Both the position numbers and the translations under genes were made by a program. A stretch of 61,580 bases of DNA, counting the filler, from Streblomastix strix (Eukaryota): NCBI GenBank assembly GCA_008636045.1. It is 2 parts of 2 records of this genome, joined end to end, with 100 filler letters (N's around TTAATTAATTAA, not from the genome) between each part and the next. Parts side by side here need not be neighbours in the genome. Positions count along the whole stretch, not along the records: positions 30,859 to 61,580 come from SNRW01000090.1; 1 more part is not named here. One strand, given 5' to 3'. This document shows positions 41,606 to 53,358 of this stretch, one piece after another; positions within the stretch are counted from its first letter, which is position 1, and each line of letters begins with the position of its first letter. The notes beneath the pieces are model-generated. The model searched no databases. It saw only the letters and a list, made by a program, of their open reading frames with translations, and had not been told where the DNA came from.

Positions 41606-41814
41606 AATTTATTTATATTTAATAATTATATTAATTATTTTCTATCCATTTTTTTTGTTATTCATCGAAAAATATTTTCTTTTGAAAAATTCTACATTAT
41701 AGTTCTGATCGTTTTGGTTGTGCAAATAATCAAGAATTCAGTTAATGTATGAGTCAAATTATATATGAAATATCTAAACAATTACTTCATTAAAATCAAA
41801 TTGATTTTGATGGA

Positions 41815-43976
41815 ATGGATAATGAATAAACAACTTTTTTATCTTTTTCCTTTTTTTCGCGGCTATTCAGGGCATTTAAAGCATTTTTCGTTCTTTTTAC
41901 GCTTGCCTTGTTCGTTGATTTGATGGGTACAAATAAGTGCAATACCGATACTTGCATTCCGAGGTGCAAAACTGATACTTTTCCTGAAGGTGGCTGCAGA
42001 TGCACCTAGAAATTCCACCCAACTGGTTGCACTTGCCCCGAAGATAAGCTTGGATTCTACACAAAAGAGCAATGTGAAGCTGACCAAGCATATTAAAAGA
42101 TGACAGATTGCACCATCAGCAGCACTTTACCGGGGATTGATTGTATATGTACTACTTCATTTCATCCAATTGATTGCACATGTCCTAAAGAACCTGTAAA
42201 ATTGGGAGGCATTCCAAATAATACATGTTCTTGTCGATCGTCTGGTGACCCAAGAAATGGCACAGATTGTCCAGAATATTGTACTGGACCAGATATTCCA
42301 AGTCAAGATTGTGTGTGCGACTCAGATCCATTAGCAACATTTACGCTTGATGATTGTTAACCAACTAAGACATGCACAGGTGATAACATTCCAGAAGGTT
42401 GCACACCAAATTGTACAGAAGGATCTACAGATACTGTTTATTCAAAATCTTGCAAATGTATTTCCACAAGTCACCCAGCAGGTTGCATGTGCCCTATAGC
42501 CACTTCAGAATTAACAGGAATACCTAATGCAAGATGTGAATGTCTCACTACAAATGATCCACGAGCAGGACAAGGAGAATGTCCTCCATATTGCACGAAA
42601 ACAATCCATCCATCTGAATGCATCTGTGACACAGGATCAACAGGAACTGAATGGAATTTAGAAAAATGTCAAACTACGAAGATCTGCTCAGAAGATGATA
42701 TTGAAAAAGGATCTTGCACATGTGGAGAAACTTAAAACCGTCCAACTGGTTGTCTTTGTAGAAATAATATTGATACAGATTGTATTTGTTCAATAGATGG
42801 CTAAGCATCTGGATGTACTTATCTTAAATGTTCAAAACAAACAGAAGATGATTTGCCTTGTGAATGTACATAAACTAATCACCCTACTGGTTGTATGTGC
42901 CCTATAGCCATTTCAGAATTAACAGGAATACCAACTGATCAATGTCCATGCCTTACAACAGGTGATCCACGAGCAGGAAGCACATGCCCTCCTTACTGTA
43001 CAGATAATGAATATTCCGAAGGATGTGCATGCAATAGTGGTTTAAATGGATACTAGGAATGTGAATATGCAGCTCTTGTCGCNNNNNNNNNNCAACAGGT
43101 GATCCACGAGCAGGAAGCACATGCCCTCCTTACTGTACAGATAATGAATATTCCGAAGGATGTGCATGCAATAGTGGTTTAAATGGATACTAGGAATGTG
43201 AATATGCAGCTCTTGTCGCATGTGAAGATACCACAGGATCTGTAGTCTCTGAAGGAAGTTGCAAGTGCAAATCTGGCAAATCACCAGTAGGTTGTACGTG
43301 CCCTTTGGATGATGTAGATGAATCATATACTAAAGAGCAATGCGAAGATGAGAAGTACAATGCATTATCAGATTGTTCAAGTGGAAGTATTCTCCCCAGC
43401 GAAGGTTGTTTATGCAATACTGAATACATACCTAATGGATGTACATGTCCCAGGATTATTACAGATGATACAAATAAAGTTGAAGAATGCACAGATATAA
43501 CTAAGAAATGTAATGAATTAAGTAAATAATAATTAGAAGAAGTTGATACTACTCTTTGTAAATGTTATAAAGCTGGAGATCCTCGAAATGGATGTACTGG
43601 TTAAACAATAGAATGTGATGATTCCTAAGCTGATTTATCATAAGTTCCAATTTCTCTTTGTCCATGCCTTGCAACAGGTGATCCACGAGCAGGAAGCACA
43701 TGCCCTCCTTACTGTACAGATAATGAATATTCCGAAGGATGTGCATGCAATAGTGGTTTAAATGGATACTAGGAATGTGAATATGCAGCTCTTGTCGCAT
43801 GTGAAGATACCACAGGATCTGTAGTCTCTGAAGGAAGTTGCAAGTGCAAATCTGGCAAATCACCAGTAGGTTGTACGTGCCCTTTGGATGATGTAGATGA
43901 ATCATATACAAGGACAGCATGCGAAGATGAAAAATAACAAACATCAAACTATCAACAAACTGATTCTTCTTCTTGA
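41815..43976 (+). CDS. Cysteine-rich repeat protein, probably secreted or surface-exposed (spans a 10-N gap)
   Basis: Hydrophobic N-terminus (AFFVLFTLALFV) followed by repeated HPxGCxCP, CxC and GDPRxG-CPxYC units. Ends with TGA at 43974-43976. Confidence 0.8.
43093..43909 (+). repeat. 238-bp direct repeat (43093-43330 = 43672-43909), with a partial third copy at 42956-43082
   Basis: Identical sequence caacaggtgatccacgagcaggaagc...atcatatac read at each locus. Confidence 0.9.
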
Positions 43977-44820
43977 ATAGCGATTTCGCTGAGTGAAATC
44001 TGTTCTTAATGGGAATGAATTCATTTCAAACACGTTCATATTAAGAATCTCCCACTAACTTCTCTTCTATATTCTATTCTCATTTCATTCCATATGTTGA
44101 TTAACAATGAGTATAATAAAATAGTGTTATAGGTTTAATTAAATATTTGTGTTGTTTATTTTTTAAAATTATGTAGTTATTTAAATGTAAGAGAATTATT
44201 TATTCAATTTTAATAGTTATTTTGATTGAAAAACACCTTGAGACTTGGGATGTTATCTTAACAAAACGCAGTGACATTTTGACAAAAATGCGTAACATGC
44301 CTGACATCGAAGATAAATCGATGTAAGACACCAAAATAAACTATTCTAAACTCCACGATATGCGGGGCAGGACCTCCTACTTGGGGGCGTGGCTCCATCA
44401 ATGAAAACGCATTAAAAATTGATTATCCAATGACGCATTTTTTCCATCTCAATTTTTAGTTATTTTTGAAATATATATGGTTATTTTCTATCAAATTGAA
44501 TTGATCATCATATGAAATATTATCTAAATGCTACAATAATATAAAACGCGATTTAAACTCTTATTAATCAATAATTGTATTTTTATAATAATATAATTAT
44601 GTTGAAATTGACATATATATACTAATAACTGAAATTTACATCATGATACTTAATACTAGTCCAATAAATGCATTTTAATTTTTCCAAAAAGAAATTCTTT
44701 CGTTGAACGTTTATTAATCATTTAATTTATTACTTTTTATTTTCATGAATCAATCTAATTGTTGGACTATATGTAACAATAAAAAAATACACTACAAAAG
44801 TAGTATAGTATGAAAAAGTT

Positions 44821-44923
44821 TGCCGTATGTTAAAAAGCATTCATTTTCAGATCAATCTGCCCACGCTAATTGAATAGGTGTAGCAAATTGAGTTATTTGT
44901 CAATGATTTTTTAACATACGGCA
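44821..44923. repeat. 16-bp perfect inverted repeat (hairpin) near the putative element end
   Basis: tgccgtatgttaaaaa (44821-44836) and tttttaacatacggca (44908-44923). Confidence 0.85.
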
Positions 44924-45218
44924 GCCAATCTTCCTCCAAACAATCAAATAGGCATATCAGAAAGCATTAATCGTCCACTCTGATGTTAGTAATGAATAAA
45001 TAATATTAATTGTTCACACTAATCAATATAACAAACCATACACATTAATAAAGTGTTTGTAGCGCAGCAAAAACACATTATATGTCATGAATTTACGATT
45101 ACAGCAATTGGTTACAGTAAATGTGTATTATTAATTGTATCGTTAATCCTTATGATTTTCTAGTGTTACTATTTAATAAATAAAAAGTAAATTTAAGTGG
45201 GTTAATGAGAAAAGTTAA

Positions 45219-45530
45219 TCAAAGATCATTATCAACTTTATATTATAGATATCTAGATTCTTCAGCTTCTCTTGCTACTCTAGTATTATGTATCTTACAT
45301 TAATCATTACTAAGTTATTTCATTTGTTTAATATACTTATTTTTGTCACTTCCTTCAGAAAGCCAGCTTTGCTGACTGACTATTTTAATATTAGCTTTGT
45401 AATCTGTGATTTGTTAATCTGTTAAGAATAAACAATTACTTATCTCAACTATATTATAATTATCATATGGGATATTACTTGTCAAAACTATTTCATCTTA
45501 ATCATTTGTATTTACTATTTTATAATCCAT
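45219..45530 (-). CDS. Viral hypothetical protein (103 aa)
   Basis: ATG-to-TGA ORF under TAR=Gln: MDYKIVNTNDQDEIVLTSNIPYDNY... Confidence 0.6.
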
Positions 45531-45560
45531 TTTTAAAATTGGAACAAAAAAAATAATTGA

Positions 45561-46229
45561 TCAATATAAATCAAAATTAATATCTTTTTCCTATTATTCA
45601 AACTAAACAGATTCTTCTTATTATTCTTATGGCTCTTCCTTTTCAATAACTTATTTAGCATAGCTCAAACCTTCGGTTTCTTTTTCAATTGTCTATTTTG
45701 GTTATTTATATCTTTTAACTTTTTATTTATATTTCTTTATTTGTTTAACAGCATCTTAATATTATTGTTTAATAAATTAATTTTCTGTTCTCAACCTGAT
45801 TAGTTCTTCCAAATCAAGTTGAGGATTAGTATAATTAATTTATGGAGTTTTTGATGTTTTTATGACTCTTTTTCTACCTTCAGTGGAAACGTAGTTTCTA
45901 ACTTATTTCTTTAAAGGTTTTTCCCTAACTTCACTTATTGATGTTTCATCGCTTTCATTTTATTCTTCTTATAGCTCATAAGATATAAAATCTTCATCAT
46001 CAATTTATTTTTAAGGTTGCTTTTAAACTTTTTTCTTGGACTCAAGACCTCCATCTCTTGCTTATAACAATAACTTATTCTATTATGTTTATGTTAATCT
46101 TTTAAGTGTCTTCTTTGATTCTTCGAATACTTTAAAATCTTTATTAATTTGTATTACATGTCCATTGTCAAAGTATTCAATATTTGTTCCATTCTCTATC
46201 AAATTCTTCAATGCATGTTGTAAGTCCAT
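45561..46229 (-). CDS. Viral hypothetical protein (222 aa, charged)
   Basis: MDLQHALKNLIENGTNIEYFDNGH...DINFDLY-TGA. Confidence 0.7.
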
Positions 46230-46306
46230 TTGAATATTTTTAAATAAAGAAAATGATAAAGGGCATAGAAAGAAACTCAATTCGCATGTCAAAAACCAAA
46301 AAATAA

Positions 46307-46975
46307 ATGTCTGAGATTAAACATAAAGAACTGACGGATGAAGATAAAATAAGATTGCAATTGATCGATGATGCAATTAGTCGCATTAAGACAATGCCTA
46401 CTATTGACGATACATTTTAACCAAAAGAAAATATAATTTAAACTGGGAATGAAATTATTCAAGTAACACCTGAATAATTGATTCTTACAGAATAAAAAAT
46501 TACTAAGTATAAGAGCAAATATAATAAAGATAAATATAAACAAATCGATAGAACAACTGCATAAGTTGATCCTGAGGAAGTCGTTAAAAATACTTATCTT
46601 TCTCATCCTAATTTGTCTGTAATGAAATTTATTATCGATTGCCTATGGAAGACGGTAACTACAAGAAAAAGAGGAGATGATTTTATACTTTCATCAGATA
46701 ATTTTATAAAACTTTGGTCACTAATTACTTAAGAGAATGAAGATGATATTGAAATAGTATTAGAAGAACCATTGATGCGATCCCATTCATGCATAGGTAA
46801 ATCATATAAAAGGAAAGATTTAATCAGAGTAATGGATGTACTAATTAAAAATGTTAGCATATCAGTTATAGATAATGTATTATTCAATTCGATTGAGAAA
46901 CTATGTCGAATTAACAAAAATTTTGTTAGGTTGTCTGATGCACCTACATCTGAGATATCAAAAGAAGATTTTTGA
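46307..46975 (+). CDS. Viral hypothetical protein (222 aa)
   Basis: MSEIKHKELTDEDKIRLQLID...SEISKEDF-TGA. Confidence 0.7.
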
Positions 46976-47010
46976 TTGTGGAATGAATGGCAATTATTTT
47001 TAGAATAAAA

Positions 47011-47766
47011 ATGGAATAATAATTAAGCGATTTAGATATGATTGATGAAGATGAATAGATTAATTAGTAAGAATAGGTTAGTAAAATAGTAAAATAATAA
47101 GAAGAGTAATAAAAATAAATTAAAGAACGTAACACATTATTATAAGTTATTGATAATGAGATTATTTAGTACTTTAATTATTTGAGTTAATTTTTTAGGT
47201 ATTCTATCGATTTCGTTAATTTACATACTGACTAAATTATTCGTGGAGTAAAGACGTTTCTATAACCAATCATTGTTGGTAAAATTATTAAATAAGGTGG
47301 AACAAGTAACTAAATACTATTAGCTAATGGAGATACTATTGAAAAAGATTAATTAGATTATGAACCAATTGAGAATGCACGTTATTCATCAATTGCATAT
47401 GGAAGGTATGAATCACGAATATGGGGTACAGTTACAACATAAAATAGTAGAGTGTATATTTCTCTGTAAATAACTCACCATAACTCAGATTCATTATCGT
47501 AATCAGGATATACTTTATTTTCAATCGTTGATAATGCTATAAAACCAAAATTCAGTGGAACACCACATAATATTCCCTTAAATGCAGTTATGTTTGTGGT
47601 AAAAGTTATTGCTTATCTGATAGATTGGAATGGAGTAATTCCTATAGATTGTTTTATTAATCCTAATGGTAATGTTATAATTAATACAATGTGTTAGCTT
47701 CTTTTACCTAATGATTATTGTGTATAAGTTTGTGATTCATATGCTATTCATAATTAATCAGCTTGA
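47011..47766 (+). CDS. Short fibre/spike-like protein (251 aa)
   Basis: N-terminal coiled coil, tail-fibre-like FVNLHTDQIIRGVKTF and KIIKQGGTSNQILLANG, beta-rich C-terminus. Confidence 0.6.
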
Positions 47767-47784
47767 TATTTTAAAAATAAACAA

Positions 47785-47910
47785 ATGGAAGGATTCAATG
47801 AGACAATCATCTATTCTCTTGAATAATTGAACATCAATTAGCATGCTATCTTTAAGACAATTTGGGAAGCAGCTATCAAATATGCCTGCGAATCAAAGAT
47901 ATGCCGTTGA
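47785..47910 (+). CDS. Small viral ORF (41 aa)
   Basis: MEGFNETIIYSLEQLNINQHAIFKTIWEAAIKYACESKICR-TGA, with the AAATG start context seen in neighbouring genes. Confidence 0.4.
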
Positions 47911-47932
47911 AAAATAATTTATTTTTGTAAAT

Positions 47933-49903
47933 TCACTGAGGCTTAATAGCTCCACCAGCAAGCTCACCAATAACATCAATATTTAGTACTTATGGCATTG
48001 AGCTATCATCAAATATGATTCTAACAAACGCATCACATAAATAATGCATCATTTGTGTAATGGATGCTTTAGTAGGATCAGGATATGCTCTAGTTCCAAT
48101 GAATTATTTGAAATCATTTTAGTTCTATGATGGATTTATATTAGTTGTATCAATAATACCTTTAGTCAAATTTCCTTACAAAATCACTTATATATTAGTT
48201 CTAGAACCTATCTTTGAAGAGTTATATCCTCGCATAAATGAATCATCAGTAGCCAATTTCCATGGAAGCATATATTTATTGGGATAAAGTGTTCTAACAG
48301 CTTTACTTCCGCTAAACAATGTTGTTAAATAGAATATATTAGCTGTTTGAAGTGGATTGTTAGGATTTAACCATCCATAGTAATTTGTCTTATCATCAAG
48401 GTTTCTGTTCTCAAAGGTAAGTGAATCATATAGATCTGATGGAGCATTAACAACATCTTAATCAACGAAGCAGTCAAACATTTATCCATTAGTTGCTTAA
48501 TTCAATGATTTATATGGTTATGGAATAACATTATTTTAATCAATAATTAGATTAAGTCCTGTGAATAACACTGGGAAAAACCATGTTGGATATTAGGGCA
48601 TAGCAAATGTCATAAATAATGCTTTTATATTAGAGAATGACATAATGCTTTACATAGATCCACTATCTTTATCAAATCCACTAAATGGAAAATTCGATGA
48701 TTATGTTCTAAATACTTATGTAGGAAAGTTGATTATTTTTTGAAATTGAATCATACTAATTATAGCTTCTTCATTTTCAATATTGAAGCATACGTTCTAT
48801 ATTTCCAGTACATCGAATTTAGCTGTCCCAATCTAACTAATTGAATTTTATGGATTCTAAACATCAACAGCTACATTTTACATATTTACAATTCTTACAT
48901 TATATCTTTAATACGATAGAGCATCAACAGTATCTCCTGCCAAAAGATAAACTATATCAGGTTTCTCAGGAGGAATCATGTGATAAGCTAAATGATTATT
49001 TTATACTGTATCATTTTTGTTAAGCCAAATAACTTTCAAATCTTATAGGAAATCTTATATCCATAATTGTAGATGTAATGTTCCGTCATTACGTGTAAGA
49101 ACAGGGTATGAATTAAATATAGGATTTAGTTGGTTAAGATCAAGTACTCCACTAAATGTAATATCTTTATCAATTTTGTAATAGAATGGTGTTGTAGCAG
49201 CTTATCTATCAATTTCACTAAGTGGGACATCAATAAATACTCCACAATGACGTTTTCCTTCAATTATACTTTCTAGTGGTGATACGCTAACACTATTTTT
49301 AGTACACAAATCACTAAGAGAATTCCCACTAATTACAGCTTATTCTCTTGCATAAATTGCAGATCCCCATAGCGCTGTTGCATCTTTCATTAGTTAGAAT
49401 TGGTAGAATGGTCCGCACGCGGTAGAGAAACCGATCCAAAATTATAGATGTTCCGATTTTTCAATTCCTTCAGCTGATTTGCCGTAATATCCTTATACCG
49501 CTTATGTCATATCATCAGTCCATGCAGCTAATGCATCTTCTTTACCATTGAAATTAGTTCGTTAGATTAATTTACCTGTAGTATTAACTCCTTCATATGT
49601 TTTATTTAATTATATCGCTAATGTATTTGCTGGTATTGTAACTGTCCAATTTACCTAGCAAGTTTATACCATTGAACATGCAGATTTACCTCTTGCTCCT
49701 AATGGTGCTCTAGTATATTTAACTCCACTAGATGTAAGTTCAGTTATAGGTGAATCGAAGAAATTTTGCTTTGATATTTCAAATGATTGAGGATGGATCG
49801 ATAATGATTTTAAAACTTCTCCAAGTTACATGTACCCACTAACGTAATCAGAATGTTACATTTTTGCTAATCGTCCAAGATAATCTCTAGATTTGAATGA
49901 CAT
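47933..49903 (-). CDS. Putative major capsid protein (double jelly-roll; 656 aa)
   Basis: Long beta-rich ORF MSFKSRDYLGRLAKM...PNKYMLPWKLATDDSFMRGYNS...VLNIDVIGELAGGAIKPQ. Size, composition and context (PolB, ATPase, penton) fit an MCP; the fold is inferred. Confidence 0.65.
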
Positions 49904-49969
49904 TTCATTGAAACAAAAATTAATGAAACGGAATGGATGTTTATATTAAAAGATTTTATATTAAATTAA

Positions 49970-50176
49970 ATGGGTTTCTTCTCTGGAATAGCAAATTTTG
50001 GGTCAATATTATTAGGTGGCGTTAAGAAAGCAGCATAATGGGTTGCACCAGCACTACATAAAGTTTTGTCAACAATATCAGGTCCTGTTGGAATGATTCA
50101 CCCAGGAATTGGAGGTGCGCTAGGTACAGGAGCTAATCTCGCAGGTGCTGTTGACAGATTAGTTAATAAACGATGA
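49970..50176 (+). CDS. Small Gly/Ala-rich amphipathic protein (68 aa), candidate myristoylated membrane-penetration peptide
   Basis: MGFFSGIANFGSILLGGVKKAAQWVAPALHKVLSTISGPVGMIHPGIGGALGTGANLAGAVDRLVNKR-TGA. Confidence 0.7.
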
Positions 50177-50231
50177 GCATTTATGCCCGCCAACAAAGTT
50201 GGTGATCTTGTCATAATTTATTTTTGAAGAA

Positions 50232-52259
50232 ATGAATGCTTCATTATCCCAACAATAAATCCGTACAGTTAGATAACTCATCACTAACGATATAGCTTAC
50301 TACATTCAATATTAGAAACGAGGTAATTCTAGTGGTGGAATGATGTCTAATGAAGAGTATTAATTATTCATAGATAATAACAATGCATTAGTTTATGCTG
50401 CTAATAATTAAATCGTTGATGGAATGGCATCAGATTATGCACTAAAAATAGAACCAAATGGGCTATTAACTATAAAGAATTTGAAGGTAATTAATTTTGA
50501 TTTTGTCGCTTAGATTAATTAGTTGATTAATTAAGTGAATTTACTATAACAATCAATTGGAACAACTGAATAGGATATCACTGATATAAGGAATGATATT
50601 GATACCATTAATCAAGAACTGTCACGATAAACACATTTCCGAGGATATTATTTATTGAATTCTGACATATAAAATTTACCCGATTCCGCTAATGGCGGTT
50701 TTTCATTTAGTGCTGAAAGTGGGACAGTATGGATGTATGACTAAAATTGGTATAATAATGGAAATATAGTACCTGATCAAGTAACTCCTGCAAGTGATGC
50801 AACACCGTTATCTGACGGTACTGCAACTGCAGGAATTAGCACAGAATACTCACGTGGTGATCATACTCATCCACTAAATATAACAACTACTATTCCACCT
50901 AGTGATTCCGTTAGTGGATCAGTTGGTACAGCTAATTATTATGCAAGAAACAATCATTCACATCCTCTCAATATAACAACTTCAATACTTCCACAAGATA
51001 GTGCTAGTGGATCAGTTGGTACAGCTAATTATTATGCTAGAAACGATCATTTACATCCAATTAATGTAGAAACTAATCCTTCGAATATTCCAATCGTTAA
51101 TGGTGTTGGTGCTAATGGATCATCATCCTTTTACGCTAGACAAGATCATGTTCATCCCTAATAATTAACATATGATGGAAATGTAACTGCTACTAAATTC
51201 ATTAAAGCAGGTGGCACTGCAAATGAAATTTTATTAGCGGATGGATCAACTAAATAAAACATTATAGCAGGTAGATCCTTTTCAGTAATTGACCCAGAAT
51301 AATATGTTAAATTATATACGATTTTAGCTGTAAATGCCACTATCGATAATTCTATTAAATTTGAAGTAACTACAAGAACAGGCTTTGGATTGCTATAGTT
51401 AAATCAACATTGGACTAATGGATAAGGTGCAAGTGAATATTAGTATCTATTTATTCCAACATTAGCCTCAGGTGTTAGAAGCGCATGGGTTTTATTATTT
51501 AATGATAGTGTCGATAGATATGGAGAACTATGGTGTAAAATTGATTATTATAGTTATAATACATATATATATGCAACAGAAGTGAGTGCCTTTTAGGGAA
51601 ACATCACGAATATATTAACAACTGATGGACAAACATAATTACCTGATGATTATAGTGTCATTTAATAGTTATTCCCTAATTAATATAGTACTGCTCTGTA
51701 AATTAACCCTATAGTTAATGGTACATTTAATGAAGGTATTAGAATAAGCAGAAACCCAGCAAACTTATGGAGTAATATATAATTTGGAGCTGATCCTAAT
51801 TCTGATATTGGATACATTGATAATTAATGGCTAATTGGCTCAACAGGTAATAATACAGTTAATCCTCTTGGATTTATTATCGTTAAAGCAGGATAAGAGG
51901 GAACGAGTAGTGGATTATAAATTAATTAATATGGTAATGTATTAAATTTTTATGGCTAAATGAATTCAGGAAATATTTAAATAAATCCCACGGCAATATT
52001 GGGCTTTGATGATGGTTTGAGAATTGCTAGAACAATAGAAAACACAGGTAGTGCATCGATTGAATTAGGCTGTAGTAGAACATCAAACGGTGGTGCAATT
52101 TAAGGATAATGGGTAATATATACACCATCAATTAATGCATAATAAGCCCCTTAAAGTTTTATAATAGCGGTGGCATCTTAAGCTGCTGAAGATGTTACTA
52201 GAGGATTATAGATCAGTGCTGATGGAAACACATTAACGTTCAATGGACGGGTTCTTTGA
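50232..52259 (+). CDS. Long phage-tail-fibre-like protein (675 aa)
   Basis: Coiled coil, four RxxHxHP repeats (SRGDHTHP, ARNNHSHP, ARNDHLHP, ARQDHVHP), KFIKAGGTANEILLADG, and a duplicated beta-rich C-terminal module. Confidence 0.8.
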
Positions 52260-52281
52260 TGTAAATTTATTTTTGAAATAA

Positions 52282-52740
52282 ATGGAAAAAGCTGTAACAC
52301 AACCGATTAAACAATTGTTCAATGAATTAGTCAAATCACACTTTCAAGATAACGATACAATTAAAGTTACAATTGAAGCATTATAAAATTTGTTAAAGAA
52401 TGATGTAACAGAATCAATCCATCCATTACTCTAGGAATTAATGAGAATCAATAAAACGTTCAATAATCAATAGCAATAATTATAAAATATAAAGAAGATG
52501 GTTGATGAAGAGGATTACAAAAATAAGCTATTTAATGAATAGAGTAAGTACTTCAAAAATAAATATCTATTAATCAAAAAGTCATTAGATCTAAACAATT
52601 AACCATAGCAAATAAAGAAGTACATCATCTCTGAAGCTAGCGAAGAAGAAAAATAGATTTACAATTAATTTGTGAATGATGAGTAATACAGTAACTTCGT
52701 CAATTATTATCAGCTTAATTTAAAATAATAAGATTGTTGA
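52282..52740 (+). CDS. Viral hypothetical protein (152 aa, helical)
   Basis: MEKAVTQPIKQLFNELVKSHF...KQQDC-TGA. Confidence 0.65.
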
Positions 52741-52948
52741 TATATTATATGTATTTGATTATCTCTTCAATTTAATCTTGGTTTGGTTCAATGAAAGTAT
52801 AATGTTATTTGAATTATTAATACAATTATTTTTCCTAATAATCTAAATCATTTGTCTCGATTAACGCTTCAAATATTTTGAAAATCTCATAATCTGTGGC
52901 ACAATACTTTAAACCAATATTTATAACTAACTAATATAGTTATTCCAT
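52700..52948 (-). CDS. Viral hypothetical protein (82 aa)
   Basis: MEQLYQLVINIGLKYCATDYEIFKIFEAL...-TGA. Confidence 0.45.
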
Positions 52949-52958
52949 TTTATTTAAC

Positions 52959-53342
52959 TCAAACAATTTATTTGTTTGGTTAATTTAACATTTTAAGGAA
53001 CAAGATATATCTCCAATGAGTAGCTAATTCCAAATCTTTATTGGCTATTGCTTCATTCAGAAACGTTTCAATTTATTCTACGGATAGCTATGACCAATGG
53101 ATTCTTGGCTAATTCTTGTCCATTTTTCTTTTGTAAAAGAATTATATGATGTAAATTGTAATATTTAGTGGGACCAATACTATATCAAAATAACTCCATA
53201 ATGTTTTTACTACATTAACTGTATCCATTAATTTATCAGGAATTGATACCGATATAATTGATGTAACAAAATTAACACCATAGAACAAGTAATTCATTAC
53301 ATTAATGATTATCGCTAGAATGTTACATTAACACGGATTCAT
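52959..53342 (-). CDS. Small viral membrane protein (127 aa, two hydrophobic segments)
   Basis: MNPCQCNILAIIINVMNYLFYGVNFVTSIISV...LWSYFDIVLVPLNITIYIIQFFYKRK... Confidence 0.55.
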
Positions 53343-53358
53343 TTTAATATTTTTGAAA

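Noticed and set aside
42956..43219. Tandem duplication across the 10-N gap as a real extra repeat unit
   Set aside because: Identical sequence on both sides of a gap is typical of unmerged contig overlap.
50232..52259. Bacterial prophage or contaminant suggested by tail-fibre motifs
   Set aside because: The gene uses both TAA and TAG as sense codons like the host and sits among Polinton-type PolB and ATPase genes.
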